Assembly: GCA_035637435.1 (NCBI GenBank)
Contig: DASPXD010000166.1
Location: 1 to 57,960, forward strand
Source of the DNA: Gemmatimonadales bacterium
GTDB lineage: Bacteria; Gemmatimonadota; Gemmatimonadetes; Gemmatimonadales; GWC2-71-9
Length of the DNA stretch: 57,960 nt
Direction of reading: 5' to 3'
In this document: piece by piece, positions 10,410-22,102 of the stretch
How the letters are laid out: each line of letters opens with the position of its first letter
How positions within the stretch are numbered: the first letter of the stretch is position 1
The notes under the pieces: generated by a model
Databases searched by the model: none
What the model was told of the DNA's origin: nothing
The model's input: the letters and a program-made list of their open reading frames with translations, nothing else
Program-made: the position numbers and the translations under genes

Positions 10410-11309
10410 CTAGGTCAGTCTAGGCTCGGTCGGTCGCTTGCGCAATGCCCAGATCAACGCGACCACCATGCCGGCCGCGAGGATCGCAATGACGTACGGC
10501 AGCAACGTCTGCGCACGGAACGCACCCGCCGGCAGCCGAATCTCCACGTTGTCGCCCGGCGCGAGCGGGCCCGCGCGGTACGCCGCGAAGTGGCGCTGCT
10601 CGATCTCCTGCACGCCCAGCCTTTCCAGTTTTGGCGCCGTGACCGCCGCCGCCGTGTCTTCCACGAGCAGATTCAGCTCGACCGTCGGCTGATCGATCGG
10701 AATCACCAGCGCGCGCGTGCCCACTGGGAGCGAGTAGCCGTAGCTGAGCTGCTTCACCGGGCCCGGGGGGATCGGCCCCAGCACGATGACGCTGTCGTGG
10801 CGGAACTGCATCGCGTCGGGCGAGATGTCGCCCTGCCCGCCGCGGAACTGCCCGACTCGCGCGGGGACGCGTCCCGCCCAGGTCGGCTCGAGCGTGTCCT
10901 TGGTGACGCGCGTCGTCTGCCCCGTGTTCTCGAGCTCCAGGATCTCCAGCACTTCGCGCGTGCCGTCTTCCCGAGCCGCCGCCACCGTCCCGAGCCGCCG
11001 CGCCAGCCGGATCGGTGGCCCCTTGGTGGTCGTGGAAAACGTGACGATGTCTTCGACGTGCGTGGCCGGGCGGCCGAGAACATTCAGCGGTAACGAGAAA
11101 TACGCGAGGCTGTCGTACCAGGCACTGACGACGTACGCGCCGGCGCTGTCGGCGTTCCGCAACAGCATGCGGTAGCGGCCGTGGGCGTCACTGCGGACGG
11201 AGTCGATCGGCCCGCCCTGCTCACGCGTGACCCGGTGCAGCACGACCCATGCGTTGGACAGGGGGACGGTGTCGCGGCCACCGCGCAGCACGCGACCGCT
11301 GACGCTCAC
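10410..11309 (-). CDS. Hypothetical protein with carboxypeptidase-regulatory-like N-terminal domain and C-terminal TM anchor
   Basis: VSVSGRVLRGGRDTVPLSNAWVVLHRV...DAHGRYRM is a CarboxypepD_reg-like beta-sandwich signature. The C-terminal TM is LLPYVIAILAAGMVVALIWAL. The true start is uncertain because a signal-peptide-like stretch continues in frame upstream of the GTG at 11309 (see findings). Confidence 0.65.
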   Translation of the reverse strand: MSVSGRVLRGGRDTVPLSNAWVVLHRVTREQGGPIDSVRSDAHGRYRMLLRNADSAGAYVVSAWYDSLAYFSLPLNVLGRPATHVEDIVTFSTTTKGPPIRLARRLGTVAAAREDGTREVLEILELENTGQTTRVTKDTLEPTWAGRVPARVGQFRGGQGDISPDAMQFRHDSVIVLGPIPPGPVKQLSYGYSLPVGTRALVIPIDQPTVELNLLVEDTAAAVTAPKLERLGVQEIEQRHFAAYRAGPLAPGDNVEIRLPAGAFRAQTLLPYVIAILAAGMVVALIWALRKRPTEPRLT

Positions 11310-11355
11310 CGTTTGAGAGAAGAGCGCAGCCGGAACGCACGTCAGCAGCAGCAGG

Positions 11356-11883
11356 CTACGGAATAAACTTGCCGAAATCTTCGGGATCGAGGTTCTGGAG
11401 GTATGACTTCAGCGTGTCGGCATCGAGCGGACCGGCGCCGGAGCCCGGCTGGATCGCGCCTTCACTCGTGTCGACGGAGGTCAGCTCGAGCAGCGTCTCG
11501 CTGGTCAGGATCGGCGCCTTGAGGCGCAGCGCCAGCGCAATCGAGTCGGACGGGCGGGCATCGATCTGAATCACGGTGTCACCGCGATAGATGTGCAGCT
11601 CGGCGAAGTAGGTGTTGTCCTTCACCTGCGTGATGATCACCTTGCGCAGCTCGGCGCCGAGGCCGACGATCACCTGCTTGAGCAGGTCGTGGGTGAGCGG
11701 GCGGGAGAATTTGACGCCGGCCAGCTCCATTGCGATCGCGCTCGCTTCCGCGGGACCGATCCAGATCGGCAAGACGCGCTGCCCCTCGTTTTCCTGGAGA
11801 ATCACCACCGGCGTGTTCGTCGTGCGATCCAGCCCGAGGTGAGCTACCCGAACCTGCAGCATGGCTCCCCCCGAGGAGGACAT
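11356..11883 (-). CDS. Bifunctional nuclease family protein (BFN/DUF151)
   Basis: MLQVRVAHLGLDRTTNTPVVILQENEGQRVLPIWIGPAEASAIAMELAGVKFSRPLTHDLL...IDARPSDSIALALR matches the DNase/RNase BFN domain. The start could be ATG 11883 or ATG 11862. Confidence 0.8.
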   Translation of the reverse strand: MSSSGGAMLQVRVAHLGLDRTTNTPVVILQENEGQRVLPIWIGPAEASAIAMELAGVKFSRPLTHDLLKQVIVGLGAELRKVIITQVKDNTYFAELHIYRGDTVIQIDARPSDSIALALRLKAPILTSETLLELTSVDTSEGAIQPGSGAGPLDADTLKSYLQNLDPEDFGKFIP

Positions 11884-14443
<2,560 letters not shown>

Positions 14444-14455
14444 GTTTTTGGTTCC

Positions 14456-16267
14456 CTAGAGTTTCAAATTACCGGAGCGCCGTCCCGCGGGCAACCGCGC
14501 ATCAGGATCGAGCAGTGTCAGATCGACCGCTTCGGCAAGTGCAAATCGCAAGATGTCGAGCGCAAGATCCGCGGAGCGTGCGGCGAGTGCTGCGTCCGCT
14601 GCTGCGCGCGCCTGCGCCGTCGTCACCTGTCGAATGAGCCACTTGATGAACGGCAGCGCCGGCGGCGCGACCGACAGGGTGTCGTAGCCGAGCCCAAGCA
14701 AAAGGAATGCCGAGAGCGGTTCCGAGGCCATTTCCCCGCACACGCTGGCCGGTTTGTTAGCGGCGCGCGACGCATCTGCCACCAGTTTGAGGAGCCGCAG
14801 CACACTCGGATCGTGTGGCGTAAACCGGTCGGCCAGGCGGGCGTTCCCACGGTCCACGACCAGCGTGTACTGCGTCAGGTCATTGGTACCGACGCTGAGA
14901 AAGTCGCTGATCTCCGCCAGGCGATCGGCGAGCACGGCGGCGGCCGGCGTCTCGACCATGACGCCCAGCGGCACGCTCTTCGCCGCCGCGATGCCGTTCT
15001 TCTCGAGGCGCGCCGCTTCTTCGTGCATCATCTCGCGCGTGCGCTCGACTTCATCGAGCCGCGTCACGAGCGGAATCATGAGGTGCAGGTTCGTGGTGAC
15101 CGCGGCCCTGAGGACTGCGCGGATCTGCGTGCGGAAGATCTCCGGCTCGTCGAGGCAGACCCGGATCGCGCGCCATCCGAGGAACGGGTTCGCCTCCGGG
15201 GGACTCCGGAACGGCGCCGGGAACTTGTCGCCGCCGAGGTCGTAAGTCCGGATGACGACCGGCTGGCCGGCGAACGCTTCGCCAACATGGCGGAAATAGT
15301 TGGTCTGGGTCTCTTCATCCGGCAGCTCACTGTGTCCCGTAATCAGGAATTCGGTCCGCAGCAGTCCCACGCCTTCGGCGCCGTGCACCTTGGCGGGCGC
15401 GACCTCGTCTGGCAGGTCCACGTTGCCGCGCAGCGCGATGCGCACGCCATCCACGGTGACGGACGGCTGCGTGACCGCTTCCTCGAGACGTGCGGACAGC
15501 TCGCGCCGGCTCGCATCCCTGCGCTCGGCTTCCTCGATCTCCTCGGGAGTCGGGTTGAGGAGCACCGTGCCCTGCGTGCCGTCGAGGATGGCCTTCGTGC
15601 CCGCGGGAATGCGCGCGACCGCCCCGCGCAGGCCGAAGATCGCCGGGATGCCGATCGAGTGGGCCAGGATCGCCGCGTGAGACGTGCGCGTTCCCTCTTC
15701 ACTGATCAAACCCACGACGTGGGCTCGGTCGAGCTGCACCGTGAGGCCGGGGGACAGCTCCCGGGCGACGAGAATCGACGGCTCCGACAGGCTCTCCCAG
15801 ACATCCGATGCGCCGCGCTTGTGCATGAGGTGCTGAATGACGCGGATCGCCACACCCGTCACATCGGCGAGCCGCTCCTTGAGGAGCGGGTTGCCCGCCG
15901 CGGTCCAGAGATCGCGCACCTCGAGCGTTTTGAACTCAAAGGCCTTCTCGGCGGTGAAATGGTTCTCGCGAATCAGCTCGGCGACGCCACCGATGAAGTC
16001 CTTGTCGTCGAGCATCAGCAGCTGGGCATCGAAGATGCGCGCCTCGTCCACACCGGCGCGGGCCTCGGCGCGGGCGCGCAGCTCATTGAGCTGCTCCCGC
16101 ACATCCTTGAGCGCCGCCCGCAGCCGCCGCACCTCCTTTTCGACCTGGGTGCGCGGGACCACGCGATGTGGGACCTCGGGCAGCGCCCAGCGGACCGTCA
16201 CCGTCGGCCCCATCGCGATGCCGGGCGAGACGCCGATGCCTTTCAGCAGCCGGTCGGCGGGACTCAC
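14456..16267 (-). CDS. ptsI: Phosphoenolpyruvate-protein phosphotransferase (PTS Enzyme I)
   Basis: VSPADRLLKGIGVSPGIAMGP..., the active-site region GLISEEGTRTSHAAILAHSIGIPA, and the C-terminal PEP-utilising domain ...FLSVGTNDLTQYTL. The start is GTG 16267 (GTGA overlap with the ptsH stop). The ORF-track upstream extension is Arg-rich and overlaps ptsH. Confidence 0.9.
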   Translation of the reverse strand: MSPADRLLKGIGVSPGIAMGPTVTVRWALPEVPHRVVPRTQVEKEVRRLRAALKDVREQLNELRARAEARAGVDEARIFDAQLLMLDDKDFIGGVAELIRENHFTAEKAFEFKTLEVRDLWTAAGNPLLKERLADVTGVAIRVIQHLMHKRGASDVWESLSEPSILVARELSPGLTVQLDRAHVVGLISEEGTRTSHAAILAHSIGIPAIFGLRGAVARIPAGTKAILDGTQGTVLLNPTPEEIEEAERRDASRRELSARLEEAVTQPSVTVDGVRIALRGNVDLPDEVAPAKVHGAEGVGLLRTEFLITGHSELPDEETQTNYFRHVGEAFAGQPVVIRTYDLGGDKFPAPFRSPPEANPFLGWRAIRVCLDEPEIFRTQIRAVLRAAVTTNLHLMIPLVTRLDEVERTREMMHEEAARLEKNGIAAAKSVPLGVMVETPAAAVLADRLAEISDFLSVGTNDLTQYTLVVDRGNARLADRFTPHDPSVLRLLKLVADASRAANKPASVCGEMASEPLSAFLLLGLGYDTLSVAPPALPFIKWLIRQVTTAQARAAADAALAARSADLALDILRFALAEAVDLTLLDPDARLPAGRRSGNLKL

Positions 16268-16572
16268 GCGTCTTCCTTTTCCTTGGCTTCCGGCTTCAGA
16301 TGCATCTCGTGAAAGCCCGCGGCGACGAGCTCGAGCAGCGCGGCCATCGCCTGCTCCGCATCCTCGCCATCCGTCTTGATGTGAATCGACGAGCCGCACT
16401 CCGCCGCCAGGGTCATCATCCCCAGGATGCTCTTGCCGTTCACGACGACGCCGTCTTTGTGGACTTCGACGGCGGACTGGAACTTGCTCGCCGCCTTCAC
16501 GAACTCCGCTCCCGGCCGCACGTGCATGCCGAGCGGGTTCACGATCTGGGCGTCGCGCTCGATTACGGCCAT
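16264..16572 (-). CDS. ptsH: Phosphocarrier protein HPr
   Basis: MAVIERDAQIVNPLGMHVRPGAEFVKAA...VNGKSILGMMTLAA has the His-15 region (GMHVRP) and the Ser-46 region (GKSILGMM). Confidence 0.88.
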   Translation of the reverse strand: MAVIERDAQIVNPLGMHVRPGAEFVKAASKFQSAVEVHKDGVVVNGKSILGMMTLAAECGSSIHIKTDGEDAEQAMAALLELVAAGFHEMHLKPEAKEKEDA

Positions 16573-17300
16573 AGCAGCCCGATGATGAGCGCGACGGCCG
16601 AGATTCCGAGGGCGAGTCGCAGGCCATTGAGGCGATCACCGCGCCAGCGCAGCCCCAGGAAGCTCAGCGCGGCCACGATCGCCAGCGCGACGCGGGCCCA
16701 GGGGTCGAACGGCCCGGAGAGATACGCGGCGGTCAGCGGCAGGGCGGCGCCGACCGCGAACCCCATCGCGGGACTGAGGAGAGCGCCCGCTTTCTGCAGC
16801 ACCGGGTGATGCAGGGCGACGCTGACCCGGGTCCCGTGGGTCCAACCGGCGTGCAGCGCCCACCAGCGCAGGGCGACGTGACCGACGTTGTAGACGATCA
16901 GGAACGCCCCCACCGCGATCCAACCGGCACCGAGGGCGATCGCCGCCATCGTGAGACCGGACAGCAACGGCAGCCAGCCGGCCCAGACCAGGCGGTCGCC
17001 GAGCGAGCCGAGCGGGCCGCACAGGGCCTCGCGCAGCCGCTCGATCTGATCGGGCGCGGCGCCGTCATGCTCGGCGCGCGCGGCGGCGCCGATCGCCAGG
17101 CCGACGAGATAGGGGTGCGCGTTGAAGAAGTGCGCGCCGCGGGCCACGGCCGCGCGATACTTGCCGTCGGCGAGGTCGCGCAGCAGCGGTTCCTCCGCCA
17201 CGCCCACGCCCACGCCGAGCATGCGCTCGTAGTTGTACGAGCCCTGCACGGCAAACAGCCGCAGCAACGCCCGGGCGAGGGCGGCGTTCACCGCAGCCAT
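16563..17300 (-). CDS. PTS mannose/fructose/sorbose family EIID component
   Basis: MAAVNAALARALLRLFAVQGSYNYERMLGVGVGVAEEPLLRDL...FFNAHPYLVGLAIGA is the EIID signature. The start is set at ATG 17300. The longer ORF-track N-terminus is an Arg-rich frame overlapping EIIC. Confidence 0.82.
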   Translation of the reverse strand: MAAVNAALARALLRLFAVQGSYNYERMLGVGVGVAEEPLLRDLADGKYRAAVARGAHFFNAHPYLVGLAIGAAARAEHDGAAPDQIERLREALCGPLGSLGDRLVWAGWLPLLSGLTMAAIALGAGWIAVGAFLIVYNVGHVALRWWALHAGWTHGTRVSVALHHPVLQKAGALLSPAMGFAVGAALPLTAAYLSGPFDPWARVALAIVAALSFLGLRWRGDRLNGLRLALGISAVALIIGLLWP

Positions 17301-17974
17301 ATCGTCGCCACGATGCCGGCGCCCAGACCGGCGGCAAACCACGCCAGTATCGGCCCGCGACCCACCAGGCGCAGCGTGCCGGCGGCGCCCGCGGCCAACG
17401 CGGTCGCCACGGCCGCGACGGCCAGCAGCACCGCGCCGCGCTCGGACAGCACAACGCCGAGGAGCGGCCGCGCCAACCACGCGAGGAGGAGCCCCACGCT
17501 CGTCACGAGCGCGGCGCGCAGGGCGTCGCGCAGCAACCCACCGACGTGCAGCCGCACGAGCGCTTGCGGGTCGCCCGATTCGAGCGTCAATGACGCCGCA
17601 TGCACGATCCGCGAGTTCACGCGCCTGAGCACGTTGATCGTGACGCCGCCGAGCAGCCCGGTGACCAGCCCTACCAGCGCGCCGAGGCCGAGGCCGAGGA
17701 CACCGGATGAGGCGTGCGCCGTCGCAACCGCGGCGACCGTCGCCGGTCCGTATTCCGGATAGCGGACCGCGCCGACGGGCAGGATGTCGTACTGCAGCAG
17801 CTCGAAGACGACGCCCAGCTTGAGGCCCGTGGGGATGTCGCCCAGGATCGCCCCGGCGATCGTCCCGGCAACCAGGGGACGCGCGATCATCATTTGCGGC
17901 AGGCTGACGAGGTCCACGCCGACGAGCGTTCCCCACACGAGCAGCGCGATCAGGAGCTCGATGGGGAGGTTCAC
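17288..17974 (-). CDS. PTS mannose/fructose/sorbose family EIIC component
   Basis: MNLPIELLIALLVWGTLVGVDLVSLPQMMIARPLVAGTIAGAILGD... is a multi-TM EIIC-Man pattern. Confidence 0.82.
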   Translation of the reverse strand: MNLPIELLIALLVWGTLVGVDLVSLPQMMIARPLVAGTIAGAILGDIPTGLKLGVVFELLQYDILPVGAVRYPEYGPATVAAVATAHASSGVLGLGLGALVGLVTGLLGGVTINVLRRVNSRIVHAASLTLESGDPQALVRLHVGGLLRDALRAALVTSVGLLLAWLARPLLGVVLSERGAVLLAVAAVATALAAGAAGTLRLVGRGPILAWFAAGLGAGIVATIWLR

Positions 17975-18444
17975 GTGAAATCCCCGACGGGTACCGCGCG
18001 CGCGGTCGGCACATCCTGGGCGGTGACTTCGACGCCGCGCGCGGCCAGCTGTTTCAGCTTGGCGGCCTCATCGTCGGTCAAATACACGAAGCGCAGCCGC
18101 TCTTTGCGGCCGGTGCGGTGGTGGATGCCGCCCACATTGAGCCGGCGCACTTGTGGCGCGCGCCCGGCGAGCGCGACGGCGGTTTCGATGTCGCCCACCA
18201 GCAGAATGCCGACGCGGGAGTCGGACTCCCAACCGGGCAGCTGGGACGCCGCTTGCTCGACCGATGCGAAGATCACCTCGATTTGCTGCGGCACACCCAT
18301 GCGGTAGAGGTCCTGTTCCCAATCGCTGCCGCTCACTTCGTCATCGACGAGCACGATGAACGAGACGTCGAGGGGCTGCCCCCAGCCCACTACCACCTGG
18401 CCGTGGATCAGCCGGTCGTCGATGCGGTACAGCGCGAGCGTCAT
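17971..18444 (-). CDS. PTS mannose family EIIB component
   Basis: MTLALYRIDDRLIHGQVVVGWGQ... is the phospho-His motif RIDDRLIHGQV of PTS_IIB_sorbose. Confidence 0.85.
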   Translation of the reverse strand: MTLALYRIDDRLIHGQVVVGWGQPLDVSFIVLVDDEVSGSDWEQDLYRMGVPQQIEVIFASVEQAASQLPGWESDSRVGILLVGDIETAVALAGRAPQVRRLNVGGIHHRTGRKERLRFVYLTDDEAAKLKQLAARGVEVTAQDVPTARAVPVGDFT

Positions 18445-18821
18445 GCGGCGGTGACGCGAATGGCCTTGGCACCGGCGTCCACGGCACGGCGCGCGGCTTC
18501 CGCCGGCGGGATGTCACGGTGAAAGACGAAGTCGAGCAGCATGGCGAGATTCACACCCGTCACCACGGCGATGTCGGCGTGCTGCTTCGCATAGCGCAGC
18601 GAGCTGGTGAGACAGGATCCGCCCGGAAGATCCACGAACAGCACCGCCGGGCCCTCGCCCACCGCCTGGCGCAGCCGTTCCGCGAGCGCCTCGGTGCCGC
18701 AGCCCTCATTCGACACCGGCGTGAGCGCAGCTTCGATCCCCGTGATGGCCGTAACGGCACTGACCAGCGCCTGCGCGACGGCGGCGTGCGAGACGATGAC
18801 CCCGCGGAGGCTGCTACTCAT
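18441..18821 (-). CDS. PTS mannose family EIIA component
   Basis: GVIVSHAAVAQALVSAV...LFVDLPGGSC...VVTGVNLAMLLD follows the EIIA-Man pattern (tHG..a, DlxGGSp, GvNLpMlle). Confidence 0.8.
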   Translation of the reverse strand: MSSSLRGVIVSHAAVAQALVSAVTAITGIEAALTPVSNEGCGTEALAERLRQAVGEGPAVLFVDLPGGSCLTSSLRYAKQHADIAVVTGVNLAMLLDFVFHRDIPPAEAARRAVDAGAKAIRVTAA

Positions 18822-19779
18822 AGTCTTCCTCGAGATAGTGCTGCAGCTCGCCCTTCTCTCGCATGCGCCGAATGAGCCTTTCGTTGAATGCGTGCGCCGA
18901 GTCCACGCCGCTGTAGCGGAGCAGATGGTTCATCGCCACGACTTCGCAGATCACGGTGAGGTTCTTGCCGGGATTAAGCGGCACCGTCACCAGCGGCAGC
19001 GCGACGTCCAGCAGCTCCGTCTCCTGGAGGTCGAGCCCGGTGCGGTCGTACTCGCGGGAGTTGTCCCAGTCTTCGAGCTGCACCACGACTTCGATGCGCT
19101 TTTGCTGGCGCACGGACCGGATGCCGAACAGCGCGTTGATGTCGATCAATCCCACGCCGCGGATTTCCATGTAGTGCCGCGAGATCTCGTGCCCGCGCCC
19201 GATGAGCACGTCGTTGCCCTGGCGCGTCACGTGCACGACGTCGTCCGCGACCAGCCGGTGGCCCCGCTCGACCAGATCGAGCACGCACTCGCTCTTGCCG
19301 ATTCCCGACCGGCCGCGAAACAGCAGCCCCACGCCGAACACGTCGGCGAGGGATCCGTGCACCGTCGTGCGCGGCGCGAAGGCGTCGTCGAGAAACGGCT
19401 TCAGGCGACGGTAGAACTCTGCCGTCTTGAGGCGGGTGCGGATGATCGGTATGCCCTTTTCGCGCGCCACCGCCAGGAGGTCGTCCGGCGCTTCCTGGGC
19501 CTTGGTGATGATGACGCACGGGAGCGCATACGACAGAAACGTCTCGATCGATTTGCGCCGCGTCTTCGCGTCGAGCGAGGTGAGATACGTAATCTCCGTC
19601 TCGCCGAGAATATGAATGCGGTCGGTGCCGACGAAGCGCGCGGTGTAGCCCGCCAGCACGAGGCCCGGGCTCGACGCCTCGGGCGACTTGATCTCCCGAT
19701 CGAGCCCGACGTCGGCCGTGAGCAGCTCGAGTTGCAGCGGATCGCCCTTGCGGGCGAGCAGATCGCCGACCTTGATCAC
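18814..19779 (-). CDS. hprK: HPr kinase/phosphorylase
   Basis: VHGSLADVFGVGLLFRGRSGIGKSECVLDLVERGHRLVADDVV has the P-loop GxSGIGKSE and the HprK signature. Confidence 0.9.
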   Translation of the reverse strand: MIKVGDLLARKGDPLQLELLTADVGLDREIKSPEASSPGLVLAGYTARFVGTDRIHILGETEITYLTSLDAKTRRKSIETFLSYALPCVIITKAQEAPDDLLAVAREKGIPIIRTRLKTAEFYRRLKPFLDDAFAPRTTVHGSLADVFGVGLLFRGRSGIGKSECVLDLVERGHRLVADDVVHVTRQGNDVLIGRGHEISRHYMEIRGVGLIDINALFGIRSVRQQKRIEVVVQLEDWDNSREYDRTGLDLQETELLDVALPLVTVPLNPGKNLTVICEVVAMNHLLRYSGVDSAHAFNERLIRRMREKGELQHYLEEDYE

Positions 19780-20102
19780 CGGACCCCTGAGGGCTTGGAG
19801 CGCGCGGTCTGGCGGCGTGCGCGCGGCGTTTGCTTCTCATCGAGCAGCTGCCGCTTCACCCGGGCGATCGCGGCGTCGAGCGCCGAGCGATGATCGTCTC
19901 CTTGCGCCTTCGCCACGTGGATGCGGCCGCGCGGCACATGCACCGCGATCTCCACCCCCGCCTCGCCATGGTCTTCGGTGAAGATCACCTGCGCATGATG
20001 CGGGCGCCGCACGAGCTTGGCCACCTTGTCCACCAGCTCCCGCGTATGGGCGCGCAGGTCGTGGTCAATTTGGGTATGGCGTGCGGTGATCGTGATGCGC
20101 AT
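19776..20102 (-). CDS. hpf: Ribosome hibernation promoting factor (short HPF/RaiA family)
   Basis: MRITITARHTQIDHDLRAHTRELVDKVAKL...IAVHVPRGRIHVAKAQGDDHRSALDAAIARVKRQL is the sigma-54-modulation/HPF fold pattern. Confidence 0.85.
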   Translation of the reverse strand: MRITITARHTQIDHDLRAHTRELVDKVAKLVRRPHHAQVIFTEDHGEAGVEIAVHVPRGRIHVAKAQGDDHRSALDAAIARVKRQLLDEKQTPRARRQTARSKPSGVR

Positions 20103-20105
20103 GAC

Positions 20106-21230
20106 TCAACTCTCGCTTTCTCGCCTGGCAATGGTCTGTTCGATATGGGTGATGGTGGCGCGCGCGGCCGCATCCCACGACAGGCCTTCGGCGAAGCTGC
20201 GTGCCGCGCGCCCCAGCCGCTCCACCAGGCCGGGATCGTTCGCCAGCGCCAGGATGCGATTGGCCAGCGCCGCAGCGTCGCCGTGCGGCACCAGATACCC
20301 CGTCACGCCATCACGGACGGACTCGCGCAACCCGTCGCTGTCCGAGGCCAGCGCCGGCGTTCCGCAGGCCGCCGCTTCGACGTTCGTGATACCCCACCCT
20401 TCCTTCGGACTCGGGAAAACGACTGCCCAGGCACGGCGCAATAAGCGACGTTTCTCCTCTTCCGGCACAAACCCCAGGAATCGAACCGCGGCTGCCAAGC
20501 CGAGTTGTCTTGCAAGCCGTTCCAGACGAGGCCGGTCATCGCCCTGCCCGCAGATGTCCAGCGTAATGTCCGCGCGTGACTCACGCGCTGCGGCAATCGC
20601 CCGGAGCGCCAGCTCCACTCCTTTATAACGCTTCAATCGGCCCAGGTACAAGAACGTGGGGCGTGTCGCGCGCGGCGTTGCGGGGTCGGGTCGATACGCC
20701 TGGGAATCCACACCCGGATGAATGACGACCACCCGCTCCGCCGGGACGCCTCGCCGCACCAGGTCGTCCCGAGTGCTCTCTGAAATCGCATGAAATCCGG
20801 CCCTGCGATACACCCAGGGAATCGGCAGCTCCGCGGCCCACACGATCGCCGCCAGCGGGGCGCTCGCCTCCGCGAAGGCGGTCGTGCCGAAGAGGTGTGG
20901 CACGATCGCCACGAACGGCAGCCGGGTCAGCGTGGGAATGAAGAGCGGGACCTTGTTGATGTCCTCGATGACGACGTCGAACGGGCGCTGGCGCAGCGCG
21001 TGCCGCGCCGCCCCGCGCCCGCGCAACGCGAAGCTGTGCCTCCCCGCCACGCGCGTCACGTGGATCCCGTCCACGGTGGCGTGGGGTGCGCAGCCCGGCC
21101 AACCGCTGGCAACCAGCTCAATCTCATGACCCCACCCGGCGATCCGGCCGAACAGCTCGTGCAGATGGATTTCGGCGCCACCGGCCTGAGGATTTTCGCG
21201 GTCGTTCCAGTTGACGAGCAGGATCCTCAC
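20106..21230 (-). CDS. Glycosyltransferase family 4 (GT-B, GT1-type C-terminal domain)
   Basis: MRILLVNWNDRENPQAGGAEIHLHELFGRI...FPSPKEGWGITNVEAAACGTPALASD has the EX7E-type motif region. Confidence 0.8.
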   Translation of the reverse strand: MRILLVNWNDRENPQAGGAEIHLHELFGRIAGWGHEIELVASGWPGCAPHATVDGIHVTRVAGRHSFALRGRGAARHALRQRPFDVVIEDINKVPLFIPTLTRLPFVAIVPHLFGTTAFAEASAPLAAIVWAAELPIPWVYRRAGFHAISESTRDDLVRRGVPAERVVVIHPGVDSQAYRPDPATPRATRPTFLYLGRLKRYKGVELALRAIAAARESRADITLDICGQGDDRPRLERLARQLGLAAAVRFLGFVPEEEKRRLLRRAWAVVFPSPKEGWGITNVEAAACGTPALASDSDGLRESVRDGVTGYLVPHGDAAALANRILALANDPGLVERLGRAARSFAEGLSWDAAARATITHIEQTIARRESES

Positions 21231-21640
21231 AGCGCGCCAGTCTCGCGCGCCACGGCGTCGAGCACGCCGTTGATGAACGCCGGCGCCCGCGCACCGGCAA
21301 ACCAGTGAGCCAGTTTCACCGCCTCATCGATGACCACGCGGGACGGCGTCGCTGCCTCGTCCAGCTCCGCGAGGGCGAGCCGCAGGATGTTGCGTTCGAT
21401 CACGCCGACGCGCTCCAGCCGCCAGTGCTCCACGGCGTCCGCGATGCGGCGGTCGAACTCGGGCCTCCCGGCCACCGCCTTGGCGGCGAGATCCGCGCCG
21501 CGGTCGTAGCCCTGGGGTGCCCGGCCGTAGATCGCCGCAACCCGGGCGACGACCGCCTCGATGCTCGGCTCGCCCGACAATTCCCAAGCGTAGAGGAGCT
21601 GGAGGGCGCGCGCCCGCGCCTTAGTCTCGGGGCGCTGCAC
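21227..21640 (-). CDS. nusB: Transcription antitermination factor NusB
   Basis: ARARALQLLYAWELSG...ERNILRLALAELD...VVIDEAVKLAHWF. It occupies the classical position after ribH. Confidence 0.88.
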   Translation of the reverse strand: MQRPETKARARALQLLYAWELSGEPSIEAVVARVAAIYGRAPQGYDRGADLAAKAVAGRPEFDRRIADAVEHWRLERVGVIERNILRLALAELDEAATPSRVVIDEAVKLAHWFAGARAPAFINGVLDAVARETGAL

Positions 21641-22100
21641 CGAGCCGCTCGAGCGCGTCGGCGGTTTCGAGCGCCGCCTGCACCGCCTCGGCGCCCTTAC
21701 TCACCCGGGCCAGCGCCTGAACGTCCGTATCCGTGGTCAGCACCCCGAAGCCGACCGCAATGCGATGCGCGAGGGCGACGTTGCCCAGCCCGCGCGCCGC
21801 TTCACCCGCCACGTACTCGAAATGCGGCGTCTCGCCCCGGATCACGCACCCCAGCGCCACGATGGCGTCGAAGCGTGCGCTTGCCGCCGCCGCCTCCGCG
21901 ACCACCGGGAGCTCGAACGCGCCGGGCACCCACGTCACTTCCACGTGGCTGTCCGCGATCCCGCCCTGACGCAACGCCTCCCGGGCGCTGCCCAAGAGTT
22001 TGCTCGTGATGTGTTCATGAAAGCGGCTGACGACGATCGCCACGCGCCGCTGGCTGTTGGACGTGCGCGCGGCGGATGGAGGGGGAGCCTTGTGTGGCAC
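21621..22100 (-). CDS. ribH: 6,7-dimethyl-8-ribityllumazine synthase
   Basis: RVAIVVSRFHEHITSKLLGSAREAL...VPGAFELPVVAEAAA...DAIVALGCVIRGETPHFEYV. The start is set at GTG 22100, 2 nt after the ribBA stop. The remaining ORF-track N-terminus overlaps ribBA in an Arg-rich frame. Confidence 0.9.
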   Translation of the reverse strand: MPHKAPPPSAARTSNSQRRVAIVVSRFHEHITSKLLGSAREALRQGGIADSHVEVTWVPGAFELPVVAEAAAASARFDAIVALGCVIRGETPHFEYVAGEAARGLGNVALAHRIAVGFGVLTTDTDVQALARVSKGAEAVQAALETADALERLGAAPRD

Positions 22101-22102
22101 GA

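Noticed and set aside
16563-18014. 483-aa ORF-track entry. Similar over-extended ORFs are 36472-38742, 42794-44356, 46810-48195, 21621-22535, 8463-9737, 30901-31743 and 4199-5146.
   Set aside because: The N-terminal parts are Arg-rich read-through across the preceding gene. Recognisable protein sequence begins at an internal ATG or GTG that forms a 4-nt overlap with the upstream stop, so the trimmed coordinates are reported instead.
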